The notes beneath the pieces were generated by a model that saw nothing but the letters and a program-made list of their open reading frames with translations, made no database searches and had not been told where the DNA came from. A stretch of 32,000 nucleotides of DNA from Wolbachia endosymbiont of Armadillidium arcangelii. Its GTDB lineage: Bacteria; Pseudomonadota; Alphaproteobacteria; Rickettsiales; Anaplasmataceae. Where the stretch lies: contig NZ_CP157942.1 of the NCBI RefSeq assembly GCF_040207875.1, positions 64,001-96,000 of the forward strand. The letters run 5' to 3'. A program made the translations under genes and the position numbers. Of the stretch, positions 28,526-32,000 are shown piece by piece (the stretch's first letter is position 1; the number at the start of each line of letters is the position of its first letter).

Positions 28526-30355
28526 TTACTCTTTATTCTTCGCCCTTCCTGCACGCTTACGTTCATTAGGGTCGAGGAACTTCTTGCGCAGACGTATAGA
28601 TTTTGGAGTCACTTCCACCAACTCATCATCGTCTATATACGCTATCATATCCTCCAGTGTCATTATCTTTGGCGGAGTGAGTTTTATAGCTTCATCACTA
28701 CCTGAAGCTCTCACGTTGGTTAATTGTTTACCTTTTAGCACGTTTATCTCTAAATCATTGTCACGGCTATGCTGACCGACAATCATGCCACAATATACCT
28801 TATCCTGTGGCTTAATAAACATAATTCCCCTATCTTGCAGATTGAAAATTGCATATGCTACTGCTTCCCCTTTATCCGTTGAAATTAAAACCCCATTGCG
28901 CCTTCCAGAGACAGAACCTTTATGTGGAGCATAACTGTGAAATAAACGGTTGATTATACCAGTGCCGCGAGAATCAGTTAAAAATTCTCCTTGATAACCA
29001 ATCAGTCCCCTTGATGGTACTAAAAACGTTAACCTCGTTCTACCGTTGCCAGAAGGTCTCATGTCAGTTACTTCACCTTTTCGAAAGCTGAGTTTTTCCA
29101 TGATGATTCCACTGTACTCATCATCTACGTCAATTACTACTTCCTCTATAGGCTCAAGTTTTTTGCCATCCTCCTCTTTGAATAGCACTCGAGGGCGTGA
29201 AACAGAAAGCTCAAAACCTTCTCTTCTCATATTTTCAATCAGCACTCCAAGCTGCAATTCACCGCGTCCACCTACTTCAAATGCCTCGCCACTTGGCGCC
29301 AAAGTTACAGTAATTGCAACATTTGTTTCTGCTTCTGCATATAAACGATCCTTTATAACAGTTGAGGTAAGTTTTGTTCCCTCTTGCCCAGCAAAAGGTG
29401 AGTCATTAACGCTTATAGTAATCGCCATCGTTGGCGGATCAACTGGAGTTGAGCTGACTGCAGTTATAACTTCTGGTGCTGCTATAGTGTCTGAAACCGA
29501 AGCTTTCTCAAGTCCTGCAATGGCAATTATGTCACCTGCTACAGCCCGCTCTACCGGAATGCGTTTTAAGCCAGAAAATGAGAGTAACTTAGTTAATCTT
29601 CCACGCTCAATTACTTTACCATCCAGATCAAGTACCTTAAGATCTGAGTTAACTTGCGCAATTCCTTGATAAACTTTTCCTGTTAATATTCTGCCAAGAA
29701 ACTTATCGGACTCAAGTAAAGTAACTAGCATAGCAAAAGGTGCATTTTGGTCGTAAACGGAAGGTTTTATGTAATCTATCACCGTTGAAAATAATGGGCT
29801 TAAATCTTTTCTCTCATCAGATAGCTCCTTAGCACACCAACCATTTCTACCTGAAGCATACAATACTGGAAAATCAAGCTGCTCGTTGGTTGCATCAAGG
29901 TTAAAAAATAACTCATATATTTCATTTAGTACTTCATCAATTCTGCTGTCTGGTCGATCAACCTTATTGATTATTACAATCGGTTTTAAATTTGCTTTTA
30001 GTGCTTTTGACAACACAAACTTAGTCTGTGGCATTGGACCTTCTGCAGCATCAACCAGTAGTAACACGCCATCTGCCATGCAGAGCACCCTTTCCACTTC
30101 TCCACCGAAGTCCGCATGTCCTGGTGTATCAATAATATTTATTTTTTCATCACCCCACATTATTGATGTGCATTTTGCAAGTATTGTAATCCCACGTTCA
30201 CGCTCTTGATCGCCACTATCCATCACTCGTTCTTGAACTTCTTGATTCTCACGAAACGTACCACTTTGTTTTAACATGTTATCAAGTAAAGTAGTTTTAC
30301 CGTGGTCAACGTGTGCAATTATTGCAATATTACGTATAGATTTAAATTCATTCAT
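28526..30355 (-). CDS. typA: Ribosome-associated GTPase TypA/BipA
   Basis: IAIIAHVDHGKTTLLDNML, NIIDTPGHADFGGEVERVL, INKVDRPDSR, GRGELQLGVLIENMRREGFE. Confidence 0.97.
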   Translation of the reverse strand: MNEFKSIRNIAIIAHVDHGKTTLLDNMLKQSGTFRENQEVQERVMDSGDQERERGITILAKCTSIMWGDEKINIIDTPGHADFGGEVERVLCMADGVLLLVDAAEGPMPQTKFVLSKALKANLKPIVIINKVDRPDSRIDEVLNEIYELFFNLDATNEQLDFPVLYASGRNGWCAKELSDERKDLSPLFSTVIDYIKPSVYDQNAPFAMLVTLLESDKFLGRILTGKVYQGIAQVNSDLKVLDLDGKVIERGRLTKLLSFSGLKRIPVERAVAGDIIAIAGLEKASVSDTIAAPEVITAVSSTPVDPPTMAITISVNDSPFAGQEGTKLTSTVIKDRLYAEAETNVAITVTLAPSGEAFEVGGRGELQLGVLIENMRREGFELSVSRPRVLFKEEDGKKLEPIEEVVIDVDDEYSGIIMEKLSFRKGEVTDMRPSGNGRTRLTFLVPSRGLIGYQGEFLTDSRGTGIINRLFHSYAPHKGSVSGRRNGVLISTDKGEAVAYAIFNLQDRGIMFIKPQDKVYCGMIVGQHSRDNDLEINVLKGKQLTNVRASGSDEAIKLTPPKIMTLEDMIAYIDDDELVEVTPKSIRLRKKFLDPNERKRAGRAKNKE

Positions 30356-30892
30356 TTTCTATTATTTTAAAATTAATTTAGTAACAAGTATACATACAAT
30401 ATATTTAGAGTAAATAACTGATTAGTTAAGCGTCAGGTAATATATAGTAAATAATTAATTTATATGATTAAGGTTTCTAATATAGAAATATCACTATAGA
30501 GTGTGGCTAAAATATGATCACTGAATTAATACATGATCTCCTTGACTATTCTCCTGAACAAGCGAACGCTTTTTTGCAGTTATTTAGTACAGAAAAGTAA
30601 TGGGAGCTGCAGTATTATGCAGGAAAAGACTTTAAGAAGTCTCCTAAATAGGAGTTTCATGTTTAGCAGAAATTACACGGTATCTGTTCAGGGGAATGGC
30701 TAATGTGCAAATATTGAAACCTGTGCTCCCTTTCTTGTCATTCCAGTGCGTGACACTGGAATTGCATTGTTGTAAAGCAAGGTAAAGAATATGACTAGCA
30801 GAATGCTAACTTTCTAATCCGTAGGAACAAAAACTCCTTTACAAATTTCGTTAGTTCACTTATCATGACAATAAGGGTATTTATGACTCAAA

Positions 30893-31223
30893 ACTTGTTT
30901 TTGACCTGCAGGCTCAATGACAAAAATTCAGTAAAAAACTTAGGGTACTTATTGGCGGATTACATAAAATTATAGCGGCTGCATGTCTTTTTTATTTTTT
31001 CTACATTCAGCCAAAACGCGCTTATTTTAAGCGTTAGCACATTATTACAGCGCCAGTTTAAATTATTATAGGGTCAAACTCACTACGTGGGGGTTCTTTT
31101 GCCTTTTTTGCAATTAGTAAATTTATTAATATTTATAGTTAGAGTAATTTAAGAGAGCCAGCGCATGAGGCACAGCTGCACGAACATTATCTGCAGGATG
31201 CCAGTGCCCAGACACTGGCATCC
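30893..31223 (-). repeat. Arm B of the diverged inverted repeat (partner 17809-18116)
   Basis: Its reverse complement shares the same ordered blocks as 17809-18116 across its full length. Confidence 0.9.
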
Positions 31224-31430
31224 AGGAATTTTATTACGTTGGTAAGCACAAAAGTAGCTGCTTTATGTTAGAATACAGCGTTTCCAATGATTACGAAAAA
31301 GCTAGATTCCAGTACTGGAATGACATTAACTGATTTTCCTTTGAATTTCAGTTATGCAAGAAATATAATTAGCCTCTTTGGTTTCATTCCAGTGTCTGGT
31401 CACTGGCATGACATCTTCCTCCTAAGAAAC

Positions 31431-32000
31431 TCACTCAACTAACTCTTCTTGTTGAACTAATATGTAGCCAAATTCGCTCGCTTTTTTGATCAAATTTTTT
31501 ACAGTTCTATCTTTATAGCGTGTTTCATAGTATTCCATTCCTTTTTCTACATATTCCTGTCCGTATTTGAGCATACTATAAAATATGCATGCCATTTTTC
31601 TTGCAGTAGCTGTTATTGCTTTTGGTGCTCCTAGTCGTTTTTTCAATCTTCTGTAGTATGCACCCAACGTACTTTTACTATTTCCTACAGAATGAGCAGC
31701 TATTCGCAAAGCATTTGCAGCACGGTTAATGACTTTACGTGTTCTTGTATTAAACACTTTTTATTAGCAGGACTGAGTCCCAACCACGACGAAAAGTGCT
31801 TTTCTGTTGGCCATTTACTGTGGTTTATACCAACTTCTGAAATTATGGTTTGTATACTTAATACATCAAATCCAGGAATTTTAGTGAAATCCATACCAGT
31901 GATTCGTTGCAGTTCCTCATACAAAGCAAAGCTTGGCTTACTTTTGCTATTTTTATTCTTTTGCTTACTTAGCTGTTTGCTTTCACAAGACTTTGTTTCA
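31431..32000 (-). pseudogene. IS110-family transposase C-terminal fragment, frameshifted, running off the window
   Basis: ITGMDFTKIPGFDVLSIQTIISEVGINHSKWPTEKHFSSWLGLSPANK in one frame, then RTRKVINRAANALRIAAHSVGNSKSTLGAYYRRLKKRLGAPKAITATARKMACIFY in another. Confidence 0.88.

Noticed and set aside
29046-29669. 207-aa plus-strand ORF antisense to typA
   Set aside because: It lies entirely opposite a highly conserved gene and its composition mirrors that coding strand. No independent evidence of coding.
30514-30600. 28-aa ORF MITELIHDLLDYSPEQANAFLQLFSTEK upstream of typA
   Set aside because: It has a complete start and stop but is too short to support without conservation or expression data.

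Overview
This AT-rich window looks like a Wolbachia chromosome segment carrying a broken phage WO-like region. That assignment rests on recognising gene families, not on a database search. From left to right: (1) about 1-3616 is a nest of transposons: a decayed IS481-like element, a truncated IS4-family element, an IS630-like element with TIRs and TA target duplications, and an IS5-family element with TIRs and a TAA duplication. (2) 3624-5984 is a phage tail module: the 3' part of the tape measure gene, then U-, X- and D-like genes. It is followed by a TM+ankyrin protein, a small TM/coiled-coil protein and a patatin-like phospholipase. (3) 8005-12906 on the minus strand is a conserved-looking block of tandem double-XRE regulators, two uncharacterised proteins and a RadC/JAMM protein. 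(4) 13262-16233 holds an Rpn/PD-(D/E)XK nuclease-transposase and a large ankyrin gene cut at its 5' end by an intact IS4-family element. (5) 18243-30355 holds tRNA-Asn(GTT), a 26-aa-period LRR protein, gpmI with an apparent in-frame palindromic insertion, a second RadC, a coiled-coil protein, a degenerate IS256-like element, mrp/apbC, an ankyrin-like repeat gene split by a fresh IS insertion, and typA/bipA. (6) An IS110-like remnant is at the right edge. The best leads are the palindrome insertion in gpmI, a ~310-330 bp inverted repeat pair flanking ~13 kb, the ~48-aa-period repeat protein, and the C-terminal helix motif shared by the XRE regulators and the Rpn-type protein. I did not find CRISPR arrays or cifA/cifB-like genes. 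I did not find a clearly new defence or toxin system.
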